A DNA stretch of 64,000 bases from positions 168,302 through 232,301 of the forward strand of contig JBCBUK010000004.1 of assembly GCA_039818205.1 (NCBI GenBank), given 5' to 3'. A program made the position numbers and the translations under genes. The stretch comes from Verrucomicrobiota bacterium (GTDB lineage Bacteria > Verrucomicrobiota > Verrucomicrobiia > Opitutales > Cerasicoccaceae). Positions 41,801-51,051 of this stretch are shown here, piece by piece. Below the pieces are notes generated by a model that was given only the letters and a program-made list of their open reading frames with translations, searched no databases and was not told the origin of the DNA. Numbering within the stretch: position 1 is the first letter of the stretch; each line of letters begins with the position of its first letter.

Positions 41801-42188
41801 GGATCTCGGATGAGCTTTCGGCGACGCTCAACGAGGTTGAGGCGGTCTTTGATGGACTGGTATCGGTCAGCTCAAATCGCACTTGGCTGAACGGTTTTAT
41901 CTCGTCTAGCACAAACCAAAGTTTCCCCGACTGCACTTGGCCATGTGGGTCGACCTTGAGATCTGTGATCTGAAACGGTACCTCTCGATCGTCATTGAGA
42001 AGCCTGAGCTGATCGATATTCGAGTCGACTGGGTCGATCTGAACCGCAACGAGTTCACGGTTATGTTCGCGACCAATCTTTTCCGTTATCTCTATGGATT
42101 GCGTTGCCGCAACAAGTCCCGTCCAGGAAGAAAAAGAGAGAAGGAGGATCGATACCCAGGCGCCAACGCGTTGCACGATCACGCCCAT
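38841..42188 (-). CDS. large exported protein, possible heparinase II/III-like polysaccharide lyase architecture
   Basis: Signal peptide; helical middle with NPNMH and GNWLPEGSHY, followed by a beta-rich region; family assignment is an inference. Confidence 0.6.
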   Translation of the reverse strand: MGVIVQRVGAWVSILLLSFSSWTGLVAATQSIEITEKIGREHNRELVAVQIDPVDSNIDQLRLLNDDREVPFQITDLKVDPHGQVQSGKLWFVLDEIKPFSQVRFELTDTSPSKTASTSLSVAESSSEIHLSTGAVQIWLPQNGRQSCPPPVLGVQFGEGPRSPASEWIRLDRVKYWETKVLAKGPVFAQVRVRYQLLDDSYISLTATAIAGNNAIRFQLATNAREPASSVIFFLPANPDARTIILRKGYGQWSRKDQTMPANSLANRPVNLGPNTSIMGIFRENPSHLTWDSHGGLQIQSHNPGGWVPAAETQTYYGGTKWDLSLPGTMWNGWKSRVMPIRLEESGFISLKAKLVPSNREWTVAAGDPIIGQEFLEANQLVLDWDENSKHPLLFVDAKTIAARNQYEDEFKRYFALDRDLFNLLGPTPSNPTRKQTNQRTRLEAKLVEQLEKDLGKLGNFDVMRKAIAVAGLYDALIDSPLISPDQRERMRAQMAYLGYVLADPMCWSSERGYGTGNPNMHVSYIMSLGVVACVLRDHPMADKWANYAADWLDAWLDRELSRNGNWLPEGSHYGIVSLESMLSFAIAAERAGYRDFTNDERLKSLVAYFANMLTPPDPRFEGHRATGAYGRGTTGEGLAVAGMAAQMTADKDPEFSARMQWAWKESGFNPWTGDTRLGGFAAFYLDRNLPSSDPKSVTSFYPNLGVLFRSAFNTDSENYLNFLCAVQSDRNLDIWTPSVTDIVQWFGRGQPISTNFTFMVGTQERHTLTSEGVQLARNFKPGNSGQPFGYYSDTSFEAFSTFPGADYARTERTNNRADRRNWLPKDLPQYPNLKAAKGSDLTITRQLLFIKDHDPNGPSYVVLRDTTRGGEPTAWQFWTLSNQLYPSNQSVAPKSKLDQSITPARQLPHSDRYTAEGQFDVFLEYYVAAPQDTPRHTLRYGGIYQKKPEFQDLFHLQLPDDGAYFLAMYPRLPNEPQPTFETNRKQTIIHAKHLLGSDYAFLSNEEEKSDLDDASFRGTAACIKLRKQSTEIVLLAPGEAEWQKQRVKADAPISATWQGNQLMIQPSPDHAVKATIRAQGKWTLQTGPGDAPETFRDTVKLLLPQSSEPLIYSR

Positions 42189-42195
42189 CTCTCGT

Positions 42196-43134
42196 TTAGA
42201 CGTTCATTGGATTGCGAGTGTCAACGACTTGATGGCCGGACGCTTCCAGCTTCTTCTGGAGCTCGTCGGAAACGGGCTTTAACCACGCAACGGCTGCTCC
42301 CATCGGGAGAGCAACTTCGTCTGGAAATTTTTTGTGTAACGCTTCTTGTTTTTCGATGCTATGGCGCAGCTTTTCGAAAATTGGATTCCCAGGCTCAGCG
42401 GGAGCAAACTCGCATTCGGGTATGTGGGTGTCCATGAATGGCTTCCAGGAGATTGCGGGTAGATTGGCTCCGCGTGCGACCTGCTCAAATTCCTCGCGCG
42501 AGAGGCGATAGAGATAGTTTCCGCTGTCTTCGTAGGCAGTGCCGGCACGTTCGATCTTCGATCCATCCTCGATATAGTCCTTTCGGCCAGCAATCGCGGA
42601 GATTAGTTTGGTAAGCTGTTGGGGCCGGCGAGGACGAGCGATGCGAAGCGTGGCGGCGGGCTCAATCAAGATGACGGCAGTCCGGGCGACTCGGCAGAGT
42701 TCGTAGAATGCCAGCCACGGCCGCGGACAATGATGGAATGCCTCCTTGCAGAAAATGACATCGAATGCGTTGTCTTCGAAGGAAAGCGTTTCCATGTTCT
42801 CGACAAAATATTGGTCGAAAAGGCCACGCTCTTTACCAGCGGCGAGCAGTGGCTCGGCGATGTCCGAAGGACAGATATTCTTGATGCCGAAAAGCTTCTT
42901 GATTCGAACGGCATCAAGACCAAAGCGGCCATCACCAACCGTGAGCCATCGGCTATCGGCGAAGGCCTCGGCCACAGGCTCGATCTGTTCATACATGTGC
43001 CGGTGACGCCAGAAATCGACGGTTGATTCATCAAACCAACTCTCACGAATGCCTGCGCGTTCCTCGTCACCTAGTTCTGCGGCATGGTGTTCTTGCTGCA
43101 GGCTATGTAGTTTCGAGACGTCATTGATGCTCAT
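42196..43134 (-). CDS. class I SAM-dependent methyltransferase
   Basis: WLTVGDGRFGLDA and ENMETLSFEDNAFDVIFCKEAFHHCPRP motifs. Confidence 0.88.
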   Translation of the reverse strand: MSINDVSKLHSLQQEHHAAELGDEERAGIRESWFDESTVDFWRHRHMYEQIEPVAEAFADSRWLTVGDGRFGLDAVRIKKLFGIKNICPSDIAEPLLAAGKERGLFDQYFVENMETLSFEDNAFDVIFCKEAFHHCPRPWLAFYELCRVARTAVILIEPAATLRIARPRRPQQLTKLISAIAGRKDYIEDGSKIERAGTAYEDSGNYLYRLSREEFEQVARGANLPAISWKPFMDTHIPECEFAPAEPGNPIFEKLRHSIEKQEALHKKFPDEVALPMGAAVAWLKPVSDELQKKLEASGHQVVDTRNPMNV

Positions 43135-43153
43135 ATAGCAGTGAATCAATAAA

Positions 43154-43184
43154 TAAGGCGCGCTTGAGTTACAAGCGCGCCTTA
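43154..43184. terminator. 13-bp perfect stem terminator after the PEP-CTERM gene
   Basis: TAAGGCGCGCTTG-AGTTA-CAAGCGCGCCTTA flanked by A-rich runs on the plus strand. Confidence 0.8.
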
Positions 43185-43225
43185 AAAAATTATCTGGCTA
43201 CTAATTGTCTTGCTTCAGGTCGCAA

Positions 43226-44056
43226 TTATGCGGCTGCGGGAGCTTGTTCCGAAACAATAGATGCCTTGCGGCGGCGATAGACGAAGTAAGCTAAGCTAAG
43301 AAATCCGAAGCCTGCAATGAAGGCCGATGGTTCTGGGATTACCGAAATGGTGACGTTGTCTATACCCACGCCATCGGAGAGGGTTCCGTTGAATGGAGCC
43401 GTAAAACCAACCAGGTAGAAGTCGTATGCAGCCGGGTTAGCAAGATCGATGCGCTGGTTTTCCCAAGTGTTAAGGGCACCGACGGAGTCGAAGTTGCCTA
43501 AAGCCAACTGAGTGAAATTCAAGCCTGGAGTCGCGAGGCGGTTGTTGTTGATGTTGATCGAATTCGTGGTCAGCGAAGTATTGAGATCAAGCAGCGATCC
43601 GGTGAATCCATATACGGCGTATTGGACGTTAGCGGAATTGCCGGTTGCTGCACCTGCGACTGGAGTTCCGGTTCCGAAATTGTCGACGTAGGTCGAGAGA
43701 ACCGATACATCGACAGTAAGCTTACCAAACTGCTGCCCAGAAGCGAAAAGGTTCCAAGCGGTTGAATCGCGGACATAGCTTCCATTATCGGCGAGGAAAA
43801 AGCCATTTGGGTTACCCGAAGTCGAGCTATTGTTGAACGCGCCAACCGCGGAGATACCCGCGTTGAACGTCGCTCCGGTATTACCCAGGGAAACCCAGCC
43901 GCCATCGACGTCTGCCGTTGAAAGTGTGTATCCGAGAGAATTTGCGCTTCTCAGGGAGCTGCTGCTAAAGTCACCGTTGATAATGAGGCCCGCTGAGGCC
44001 GATGAAATCAGGGCTAGCGTGGCAGCAGATGTAGCAATAATTTTGCGATTTATCAT
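43226..44056 (-). CDS. PEP-CTERM sorting domain protein
   Basis: Signal peptide, IINGDFS...IDNVTIS, VIPEPSAF-TM-RRRK. Confidence 0.93.
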   Translation of the reverse strand: MINRKIIATSAATLALISSASAGLIINGDFSSSSLRSANSLGYTLSTADVDGGWVSLGNTGATFNAGISAVGAFNNSSTSGNPNGFFLADNGSYVRDSTAWNLFASGQQFGKLTVDVSVLSTYVDNFGTGTPVAGAATGNSANVQYAVYGFTGSLLDLNTSLTTNSININNNRLATPGLNFTQLALGNFDSVGALNTWENQRIDLANPAAYDFYLVGFTAPFNGTLSDGVGIDNVTISVIPEPSAFIAGFGFLSLAYFVYRRRKASIVSEQAPAAA

Positions 44057-44468
44057 AGTTAGTAGCGATAATTCGGTGTTAAATCTTCTTTAAAAATGCC
44101 CGATCGACTCAGGTGAGTCAAGGTTAAGATCTAGGAAATCTAAGTTTGCCGATTAGGAACGTTACGCTTGGGTTAACATCTCTATTTCGCTCAATAATAG
44201 TGATTTGCGGGATTTTTTTTCCTAAGTTGTTGCGCGATTTTTGCGTTTTCGAAGCCGCTTTGAGGTTTGCGACGCATTAAGCGCAGCTCGAATTGAGCCG
44301 CAATTTCAATTATTACATTTGTTTCGTAAGCCTGCTAAATGAGAACAAATTTGTCCCCTAGTCGCTCAGATTTGCGAATAATTGTTTATCAAGTTGACGA
44401 ATTTCGGGCGGAACACTTTAGATTCCACTTAAAAGGTCGTTTATATGGGAAGTTTACCCTAATAGACG

Positions 44469-45764
44469 ATGTCCTTTAATGTTTCTACCTATACGATGGA
44501 CAGAGCAGTAACCGCTGGCAAGGTAATTGATTATTGCTGGGCCAGTTTTTCCTCCAGGTTGGCGATGCTTTGTTTTCTGGCGTTAGCCGTTCAGGTTGCT
44601 TCGGCCGGTACTTTGACAATCTCCGAGGAGGATCCATTTTACGGAGATTATGTCATCTCGACTCTGGATGCGTCAGGGGGTTACGAGCGCGTAATTTCAC
44701 CTCAGCGCCACCTGGAGCGGGACGTGATTTTGGGGCAGTCATTTACGGCTGATGACTATTTTGACCTTCGTAGTATTACCTTCGCAATCGAGACTGATGA
44801 GAAGCACGTAATTAACATTCACGACTCCCCGCGGGCCCCAAAGATTGAGTTGGCTCTCGTCAAGTTTGTGGATGGCGGTGACACCAGATTGGTTCGGCAA
44901 GAATCCTTTTCCCTTGCTGGAATGAATTACAGCGGTTTGCGCTACGCCACGCTCACATTTGATACACCAATTCCGATCAAGGCGGGCCAGCAATATGGTA
45001 TCGGTATTTGGTTTAATCGCGAATTCATTTGGAAGTGGTGCTTTCCCATTCATCGCAGCGCTATGATGGATGACCTTCATCCTGGCGGAGCGGCCTTCTT
45101 TTTATCACGGACGGCCAGTGAGCGTGATGCATCGAAGTATCCACTAATTGAGCCTTGGAGTCACGGGAGGCCAAATCCTTTGGATCACGCTTTTGGCCTT
45201 TCCGAGCGTGGAATCGAATCCAGCGCAGAACCGGAAATTATTGTGGCTGCTGCGCCTGCACAGGCAGCCGAAATAGCTGACATTCCGCCCGCAGTTGGAT
45301 CACCTGCAGGTGCTTCGAAAGTTGACCAGACTCCATCTTCCAAGAGTTCGCCTCCAGCAGAGGTTGACTATGTTGTGGTATTGTTGGCTTCAGCTGCCCT
45401 CGGACTGGGCGTTGGATTTGGTGCGGTCGCTCTAATTTTCAAGCGCATGAACGCGAAGCAAGTCGCTGCTCCGATCGATGAGGCAGGTGAGGTTACTTCC
45501 CGGGAACTGATTTTCCGTGTTGTAGAATCAGCCCCAGCGCCGGTGTCCAACCCTCCTCCAGCCAAAGCGAAGAAGGCGATGGTTAAACCTGCCAAGATTC
45601 CTCCTCAGGTCACACCGGAATTGGAAGAGGAAACGTCTTCGAAGCCACCTGAAGGGTCTGGATTCGAGGACATCGATCCAGAGGATTTGGATGTCGGATC
45701 AATGCGCAAGATTATCGAGTCTAAGCGGAAACACTATAAAAAGATCGATCTTCACACGGAGTAG
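44469..45764 (+). CDS. hypothetical exported domain plus Pro/Ala linker, TM and cytoplasmic tail
   Basis: Hydrophobic N-terminal segment and late TM (VVVLLASAALGLGVGFGAVALIF); start uncertain. Confidence 0.7.
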   Translation: MSFNVSTYTMDRAVTAGKVIDYCWASFSSRLAMLCFLALAVQVASAGTLTISEEDPFYGDYVISTLDASGGYERVISPQRHLERDVILGQSFTADDYFDLRSITFAIETDEKHVINIHDSPRAPKIELALVKFVDGGDTRLVRQESFSLAGMNYSGLRYATLTFDTPIPIKAGQQYGIGIWFNREFIWKWCFPIHRSAMMDDLHPGGAAFFLSRTASERDASKYPLIEPWSHGRPNPLDHAFGLSERGIESSAEPEIIVAAAPAQAAEIADIPPAVGSPAGASKVDQTPSSKSSPPAEVDYVVVLLASAALGLGVGFGAVALIFKRMNAKQVAAPIDEAGEVTSRELIFRVVESAPAPVSNPPPAKAKKAMVKPAKIPPQVTPELEEETSSKPPEGSGFEDIDPEDLDVGSMRKIIESKRKHYKKIDLHTE

Positions 45765-45905
45765 CCGGCGGCGAACCTCAATGTCCGTTTCAGGAATGAT
45801 CGCTGACTGTATCGACTGATTTTAAACGGCTAGATTGATTTGTTAGAAAACTGATTGCCAAGGATTCGTCTAGTTGGCGAAGTAGGGGATTGTCGCCTTG
45901 GGTAG

Positions 45906-46721
45906 ATGAGAATTCTAATCGTTTCAGTCGTTAGTTTCATATCAATGCTTTGTCATGCAGAGTATTTGTTTGAAGGCGATTTTGAATCGGGAGAATTGAG
46001 TGGTGATCGCTACCGCGTGACTTGGTATCCGGTCAATGAAGGGCCTTATCCGGAAATTGTAAGCGCTCCCGTGCGTTCGGGAAACTATGCGGTCAGGTTT
46101 CGCCAAGAATTCGGTTGGGGAGGGGATGAAGAGAGTAATCGTGCGGAGGTTCATACGCGTCGTGTCGACAATGGGAGCGAGCGTGGTTTCTTTCAACACC
46201 ATGGGGAAAATTGGATCCGGTTTAGCCTTTATCTGGATGAAAGCTGGGCCAATGATACCGCCCCTGAGCTGGTATTTCAGTTGCATGGTGATAGAGATTC
46301 GGCCGAAGAGCCTTACCGTTCTCCACCGCTTGCGCTTTACATCAAAGATAATGCTTGGTATTGGATAATTCGTTGGGATGTGAAGCCGATTTCGACGACA
46401 GTTGGGGGTGGCGGCACGCGGCGTGTTTGGGAAGCTCCCTATGAGAAAGGGCGCTGGGTGGACTGGGTGATCCATGCCCGATGGTCCCACCAGAAAGATG
46501 GGGTCGGATTTATGAAGATTTGGAAAGACGGTAAGCTGGTCGTCGATGACCGTGGCCCCAACATGTTCAATGATTCGGCAGGGATGAAAGGGCCCCAATT
46601 TGGGATTTATAAATGGCCGTGGCTCAAAGGGCCGAGCGACGTGCACGAACGCATCGTTTTCTTTGACGACGTTTTTGTCGGTGACCATCGTAGCCCAATG
46701 GAACCGCATCTAAGTAACTGA
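45906..46721 (+). CDS. polysaccharide lyase-like protein (beta-jelly-roll, Polysacc_lyase-type)
   Basis: Signal peptide; RAEV, FQLHG, SPPLAL, G.W.DWVIHARWS and QFGIYK motifs. Confidence 0.8.
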   Translation: MRILIVSVVSFISMLCHAEYLFEGDFESGELSGDRYRVTWYPVNEGPYPEIVSAPVRSGNYAVRFRQEFGWGGDEESNRAEVHTRRVDNGSERGFFQHHGENWIRFSLYLDESWANDTAPELVFQLHGDRDSAEEPYRSPPLALYIKDNAWYWIIRWDVKPISTTVGGGGTRRVWEAPYEKGRWVDWVIHARWSHQKDGVGFMKIWKDGKLVVDDRGPNMFNDSAGMKGPQFGIYKWPWLKGPSDVHERIVFFDDVFVGDHRSPMEPHLSN

Positions 46722-46862
46722 TTGAGGGCAAATTTAATGCCTTCCGCGGCAGTCAGATCGCCAATGAGGAAAACGGGCGCTGTTCCGACTAGACCTTGTC
46801 GTTGGGTAACTCAGTTCAAACGTTACTTTGATCCAGCCAGTTTGCGTTTATGTGGATAATGT

Positions 46863-47200
46863 TTATTCCGACACGTTCCAGCAACCATTGATATATGACG
46901 CAACAATTCGTTTTTCGTGGAGAACACGAAACGATTCGAAGTCCTTCCAAATAACTTGAATCTTGTTAGATAACACTGTGCCCGGGTTCAGGAGACTCAA
47001 GGACTTATTGAGGAGCAGGGACAGGGGTCGGAAAAAATCAAATGATTCACTTAGGTTCAATGAGCTTGTAACAATTTTCTCACCATTATCAATGAAGAGC
47101 AAATCCATCTGCTCCGGTTCAAGCCGCCAATGATCAAAGTGGTGTTGTCGAGCTCACTACTATACCAACCGATCAACACGGATAGACAATCAAATGTCAT
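46863..47200 (-). pseudogene. probable frameshifted AT-rich small gene (immunity-like remnant)
   Basis: ATG 47200 (MTFDCLSVLIGWYSS) joins the 46863-ending frame (ARQHHFDHWRLEPEQMDLLFIDN...) by a single-base shift near 47155. Confidence 0.35.
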
Positions 47201-47208
47201 GGCTCAAA

Positions 47209-47486
47209 TTACGTAAGCCCGACTAAATTCACTTGAGATTGAGCTGAAGTTGTGGGTGTGGACCAACTCAAAGCAACTATACGACAACGAATTGTTGAAT
47301 CAACTGCCACGCCTATGTGAGGACCCGAAATTGGACGTATAGTACGACAAGATTCAGTCCCTGAGGGGCAAACACAGTCACAACCTGACACAAACGGATG
47401 TATCAAAGAAATTGTGCAAGAGACTGTTAACCAGGCGGTTAGCCGCTTGCTGACGCAGCTGGGCGTCTCTAGGCATTTGGGCCAAA
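47209..47486 (-). pseudogene. startless Cys-rich ORF fragment abutting the tRNA 3' end
   Basis: Frame is open from inside the tRNA to TAA 47209 with no ATG: ...TVSCTISLIHPFVSGCDCVCPSGTESCRT... Confidence 0.3.
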
Positions 47487-47563
47487 TGGTAGACGGTACA
47501 GGACTCGAACCTGTGACATCCTCGGTGTAAACGAGGCGCTCTAGCCAACTGAGCTAACCGTCC
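47487..47563 (-). tRNA. tRNA-Val (anticodon TAC)
   Basis: GGACGGTTAGCTCAGTTGGCTAGAGCGCCTCGTT-TAC-ACCGAGGATGTCACAGGTTCGAGTCCTGTACCGTCTACCA; full cloverleaf with encoded CCA. Confidence 0.98.
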
Positions 47564-47694
47564 GTTAGGGAAAGATGGGAAAAATGAACGTTTCGTGGCG
47601 GCGTTCAAGGAAAAACTTTCTAATATTGAGAAAATAATCCGATTTTTTGCTTCCTTCGAGGCGTGTGATGCGTCATTTTCCCCGACTTTTCCTC

Positions 47695-48201
47695 ATGCGT
47701 CACACGATCTCAGCCCTCGTAGAAAACAAATTCGGTGTCCTTGCTCGCATCGCTGGTATGTTCAGCGGTCGCGGATTTAACATCGACACCCTCAACGTCG
47801 GCCCAACCCACGATCCCAAATACTCGCGCATCACGATTGTGTTGCGTGCAGAGGAGCATTCGTTGGACCAGGCCATTAAGCAGCTCGATCGCCTGGTCAA
47901 TGTCATCGAGATTACCCACTTCGAGGCTCGCACCTCGTTTGTGGCGCGCGAATTGGTCATGTTAAAGGTCGCTGCTAGCCGCGAAACGCGGTCTGAGATC
48001 ATTGAGATCTGCGACATATTCCGCGCAAAGGTGATCGACGTCAGCACGGATGCCATGATCATCGAGTGCACCGGAAACGAAAACAAGATCCGCGCTTTTC
48101 TGGAATTAATTACGCCGTTTGGCATCTTAGAGTTGGCACGCACGGGGAACGTCGCATTGTTGCGCGGACCTCGGAACGATGACACCGAAGACGCTGACTA
48201 A
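47695..48201 (+). CDS. ilvN: acetolactate synthase small (regulatory) subunit
   Basis: MRHTISALVENKFGVLARIAGMFSGRGFNIDTL and ELARTG motifs. Confidence 0.96.
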   Translation: MRHTISALVENKFGVLARIAGMFSGRGFNIDTLNVGPTHDPKYSRITIVLRAEEHSLDQAIKQLDRLVNVIEITHFEARTSFVARELVMLKVAASRETRSEIIEICDIFRAKVIDVSTDAMIIECTGNENKIRAFLELITPFGILELARTGNVALLRGPRNDDTEDAD

Positions 48202-48304
48202 TTTAAAATAAAACGAAATTTGCCGCTGGCGTTCGAATCCCGGTGAATCCCGGAGATGAGAAATCCGAGCGGCCGTCGAAAACCGAAAAAGGAAAACCCA
48301 AACA

Positions 48305-49339
48305 ATGCCCGCAAAAGTATATACGGACACGGACGCTGACTTGAGCGTCCTTCAAGGTAAAACCCTTGCTGTCATCGGCTATGGTTCACAGGGTCATGCC
48401 CATGCGTTGAACCTTAAGGATAGCGGCCTGAATGTCATCATCGGCCTCTACGAGGGAAGTAAGTCGATCGCAGTCGCCCAGAAGCAGGGCTTCGAGGTCT
48501 TCACCACCGCGGAAGCGGTCCAGAAGGCAGATGTCATCATGATCGCTCTGCCTGACATGGTTCAGGCGAAGGTCTATAAGGAAGACATCGAACCCAACCT
48601 CAGCGAAGGTAAGACCCTTCTGTTCACGCACGGCCTGGCGATTCACTACGGCCTCATTACTCCGCCGACCAACGTTAGCGTTATCATGGTTGCGCCTAAG
48701 GGCCCTGGCCATGTTGTTCGCACTCAATATGTTGAAGGCAAGGGTGTTCCATCCTTGATTGCGATCCTCGAAGGTTCCGCTTCAGACTCTCGCGACATTG
48801 CGCTCGCTTGGGCGAAGGGCATAGGTGGCAGCCGCGCTGGCGTTATCGAAACAACCTTTAAGGAAGAAGTTGAAACTGACCTCTTTGGTGAGCAAGCCGT
48901 TCTTTGCGGTGGCGCCAGTGCGTTGGTTATGGCTGGTTTTGAAACCCTCGTTGAAGCGGGTTACCAACCAGAGATGGCTTACTTCGAGTGTTTGCACGAG
49001 CTGAAGCTCATCGTTGACTTGATGGTTGAGTCCGGTGTTAGCGGTATGCGTTTCTCGATCTCCGAGACTGCCGAATACGGTGACTACGTTTCTGGTCCAC
49101 GCGTGATCAACGACGAGTCTAAGAAGGCAATGCGTCAGATCCTTACTGAGATTCAAGACGGCACTTTCACCAAGAACTGGGTGGCGGAATACGAGGCAGG
49201 TAACCCGAACTTCAAGCGTTTCCGCGAAGAGGGTCAGGCTCATCAAATCGAATCCGTTGGTAAGCACCTTCGTTCTTTGATGCCTTGGGTGCCAAAGAAG
49301 GAAATCGGCGCTACTCAAGCCGAATACACCTCGGCATAA
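48305..49339 (+). CDS. ilvC: ketol-acid reductoisomerase
   Basis: [32 protein letters not shown] and YFECLHE motifs. Confidence 0.98.
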   Translation: MPAKVYTDTDADLSVLQGKTLAVIGYGSQGHAHALNLKDSGLNVIIGLYEGSKSIAVAQKQGFEVFTTAEAVQKADVIMIALPDMVQAKVYKEDIEPNLSEGKTLLFTHGLAIHYGLITPPTNVSVIMVAPKGPGHVVRTQYVEGKGVPSLIAILEGSASDSRDIALAWAKGIGGSRAGVIETTFKEEVETDLFGEQAVLCGGASALVMAGFETLVEAGYQPEMAYFECLHELKLIVDLMVESGVSGMRFSISETAEYGDYVSGPRVINDESKKAMRQILTEIQDGTFTKNWVAEYEAGNPNFKRFREEGQAHQIESVGKHLRSLMPWVPKKEIGATQAEYTSA

Positions 49340-49373
49340 AGTCGATCAAAACGATCAACAGATGACCACTTTC

Positions 49374-49401
49374 AACGGGAGAGCCACCATGCTCTCCCGT
49401 T
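49374..49401 (+). terminator. probable terminator after ilvC
   Basis: AACGGGAGAGC-CACCAT-GCTCTCCCGTT followed by TCCCGTTT. Confidence 0.7.
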
Positions 49402-49441
49402 TCCCGTTTATAAGCTGGAAGGTTTGCCGAAGTAAACAGCG

Positions 49442-50158
49442 ATGAAACTTGAAGAGCACAGTGTGAGTAGCCGCGATGGCGCTTATACCCGCAAGGTTTG
49501 GATGCGGCCGGGGCCAGTCGACCGCGTGCATCCGCTCGCTATCTTCCTGGATGCTGAATACTACCTGCGGGATATGGACTCACCTCAGATGCTGGAAGGT
49601 TTAATGGAATCGTCTGCGATTCCCGAGTTGACGATTCTATTCGTCTCACATGTGGACGTTCCCGCTCGGGTAGAAAATTTTACCTGCAACCCAAGATACG
49701 CGTCCTTTATCGCGGAGGACTTGTTCGGTTGGGCGCGGGAGCAAAATGCTTCGATCCAAGCCTCCAATAACTTGATTTCGGGTTTGAGCCTGAGTGGTCT
49801 GCAGGGTGTTTTTACGGCACTCAGCTACCCACAAAAGTTTTCTTACTGCCTTGCCCAATCTGGCTCATTTTGGTGGGAGGATTGCCGCTTGATTGGAGAG
49901 ATCGCAAACTATGCGGCAAGCGGTCAACGCTATTGGTTAAGTGTTGGCGATGAAGAAGTGGCGACGCATATCGATCGTCCCCAAATAGGGCTTTACCAGG
50001 AAGTCAGTCAGATAGAAGGCGTTACGCGAACTGCGGACGCGTTACGGACCATTGGAGCCGAGGTGTCCTACCACCTTTTTAAAGGCGGACATGCTCCAGC
50101 TCCATGGAGTGACGATTTACCAAAGGGCATGCAGTGGCTCTTTGGTTCGAATAACTAA
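49442..50158 (+). CDS. alpha/beta hydrolase, enterochelin esterase-like
   Basis: GLSLSG nucleophile elbow, QSGSFWW and GGH motifs. Confidence 0.85.
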   Translation: MKLEEHSVSSRDGAYTRKVWMRPGPVDRVHPLAIFLDAEYYLRDMDSPQMLEGLMESSAIPELTILFVSHVDVPARVENFTCNPRYASFIAEDLFGWAREQNASIQASNNLISGLSLSGLQGVFTALSYPQKFSYCLAQSGSFWWEDCRLIGEIANYAASGQRYWLSVGDEEVATHIDRPQIGLYQEVSQIEGVTRTADALRTIGAEVSYHLFKGGHAPAPWSDDLPKGMQWLFGSNN

Positions 50159-50162
50159 GAAT

Positions 50163-51023
50163 ATGTCTACGGAAAAAATCATCCTCGCGACCCGACGTAG
50201 TGCGTTGGCACTTTGCCAAGCAAAGATGGCGCAGGCGCATGTGTCGAATACCTTCGCCGGTAGCGAAGCCGAGCTCAAAGAGTTCGTTACCACCGGCGAT
50301 AAGAAGACACAGTGGTCCCTCGAGAAAGAAGGCGGCAAGGGACTTTTCACCAAAGAACTGGAAGAAGCCTTGTTGGCCGGTGAGGCAGATCTTGCTGTGC
50401 ACTCGGCAAAGGACCTGCCCACTGAGATGCCCGAGGGCTTGGCACTGGCGGCATTCATGCCACGCGAAGTTGTCCACGATGTGATGGTCGTTAAGTCCGG
50501 CGTGGAAAAGCTTTGTTTCATTGCTTCAAGCAGCCCGCGTCGTCGCCAGCAAATCAAGGATCTGCATCCCTGTGCGGTATGGAGCGAGATTCGAGGCAAC
50601 GTGGAAACGCGCCTGCGAAAGATTGCTAGCGGTCAGGCTGAAGCCACAATTTTGGCGGCAGCTGGCTTGAAGCGATTGGGCATCCATGAGTTCGAGGGAG
50701 TTGAGTTTAGGCCGCTTTCTATCGAAGAAGTCGTTCCTGCTGTAGGGCAGGGGGCAATTGCTTTGCAATGCAGAGTGGCGGACGTTGAGAAGTTTTCCGC
50801 ATTGTCTGATCCGGCAACTGAGTACGCGGTAACGTTGGAGCGGAAGTTCCTCGCAGCAATGGGTGGCGGATGTCACTCAGCAACCGCCGGTCATGTTGTC
50901 GACGGCAAGCTTCATGTCTTTCACGAAGAGACTCGTCGGCAGGTGTTTGATCTCCCTGAGGGCGGGGCAAGTGTGGACGCCTGGCTTATGGAAGTCGTTG
51001 CGCAGGTGGAGCCAAAAGATTAA
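50163..51023 (+). CDS. hemC: hydroxymethylbilane synthase
   Basis: ATRRSALALCQ, GKGLFTKELE, AVHSAKDLP, IRGNVETRL and GGGC (cofactor Cys). Confidence 0.95.
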   Translation: MSTEKIILATRRSALALCQAKMAQAHVSNTFAGSEAELKEFVTTGDKKTQWSLEKEGGKGLFTKELEEALLAGEADLAVHSAKDLPTEMPEGLALAAFMPREVVHDVMVVKSGVEKLCFIASSSPRRRQQIKDLHPCAVWSEIRGNVETRLRKIASGQAEATILAAAGLKRLGIHEFEGVEFRPLSIEEVVPAVGQGAIALQCRVADVEKFSALSDPATEYAVTLERKFLAAMGGGCHSATAGHVVDGKLHVFHEETRRQVFDLPEGGASVDAWLMEVVAQVEPKD

Positions 51024-51051
51024 TTTAAGCAAAGCGAATTAGCAATTATCC

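Noticed and set aside
46851..46859. Perfect DnaA box (TTATCCACA on the minus strand)
   Set aside because: Single copy with no cluster or oriC-type context; compatible with chance.
36000..47486. Intact genomic island integrated at tRNA-Val
   Set aside because: No integrase, and no duplicate of the tRNA 3' end was found by eye, so boundaries cannot be supported.
48231..48241. GTTCGAATCCC as part of a second tRNA
   Set aside because: No T-stem, D-arm or acceptor stem around it.
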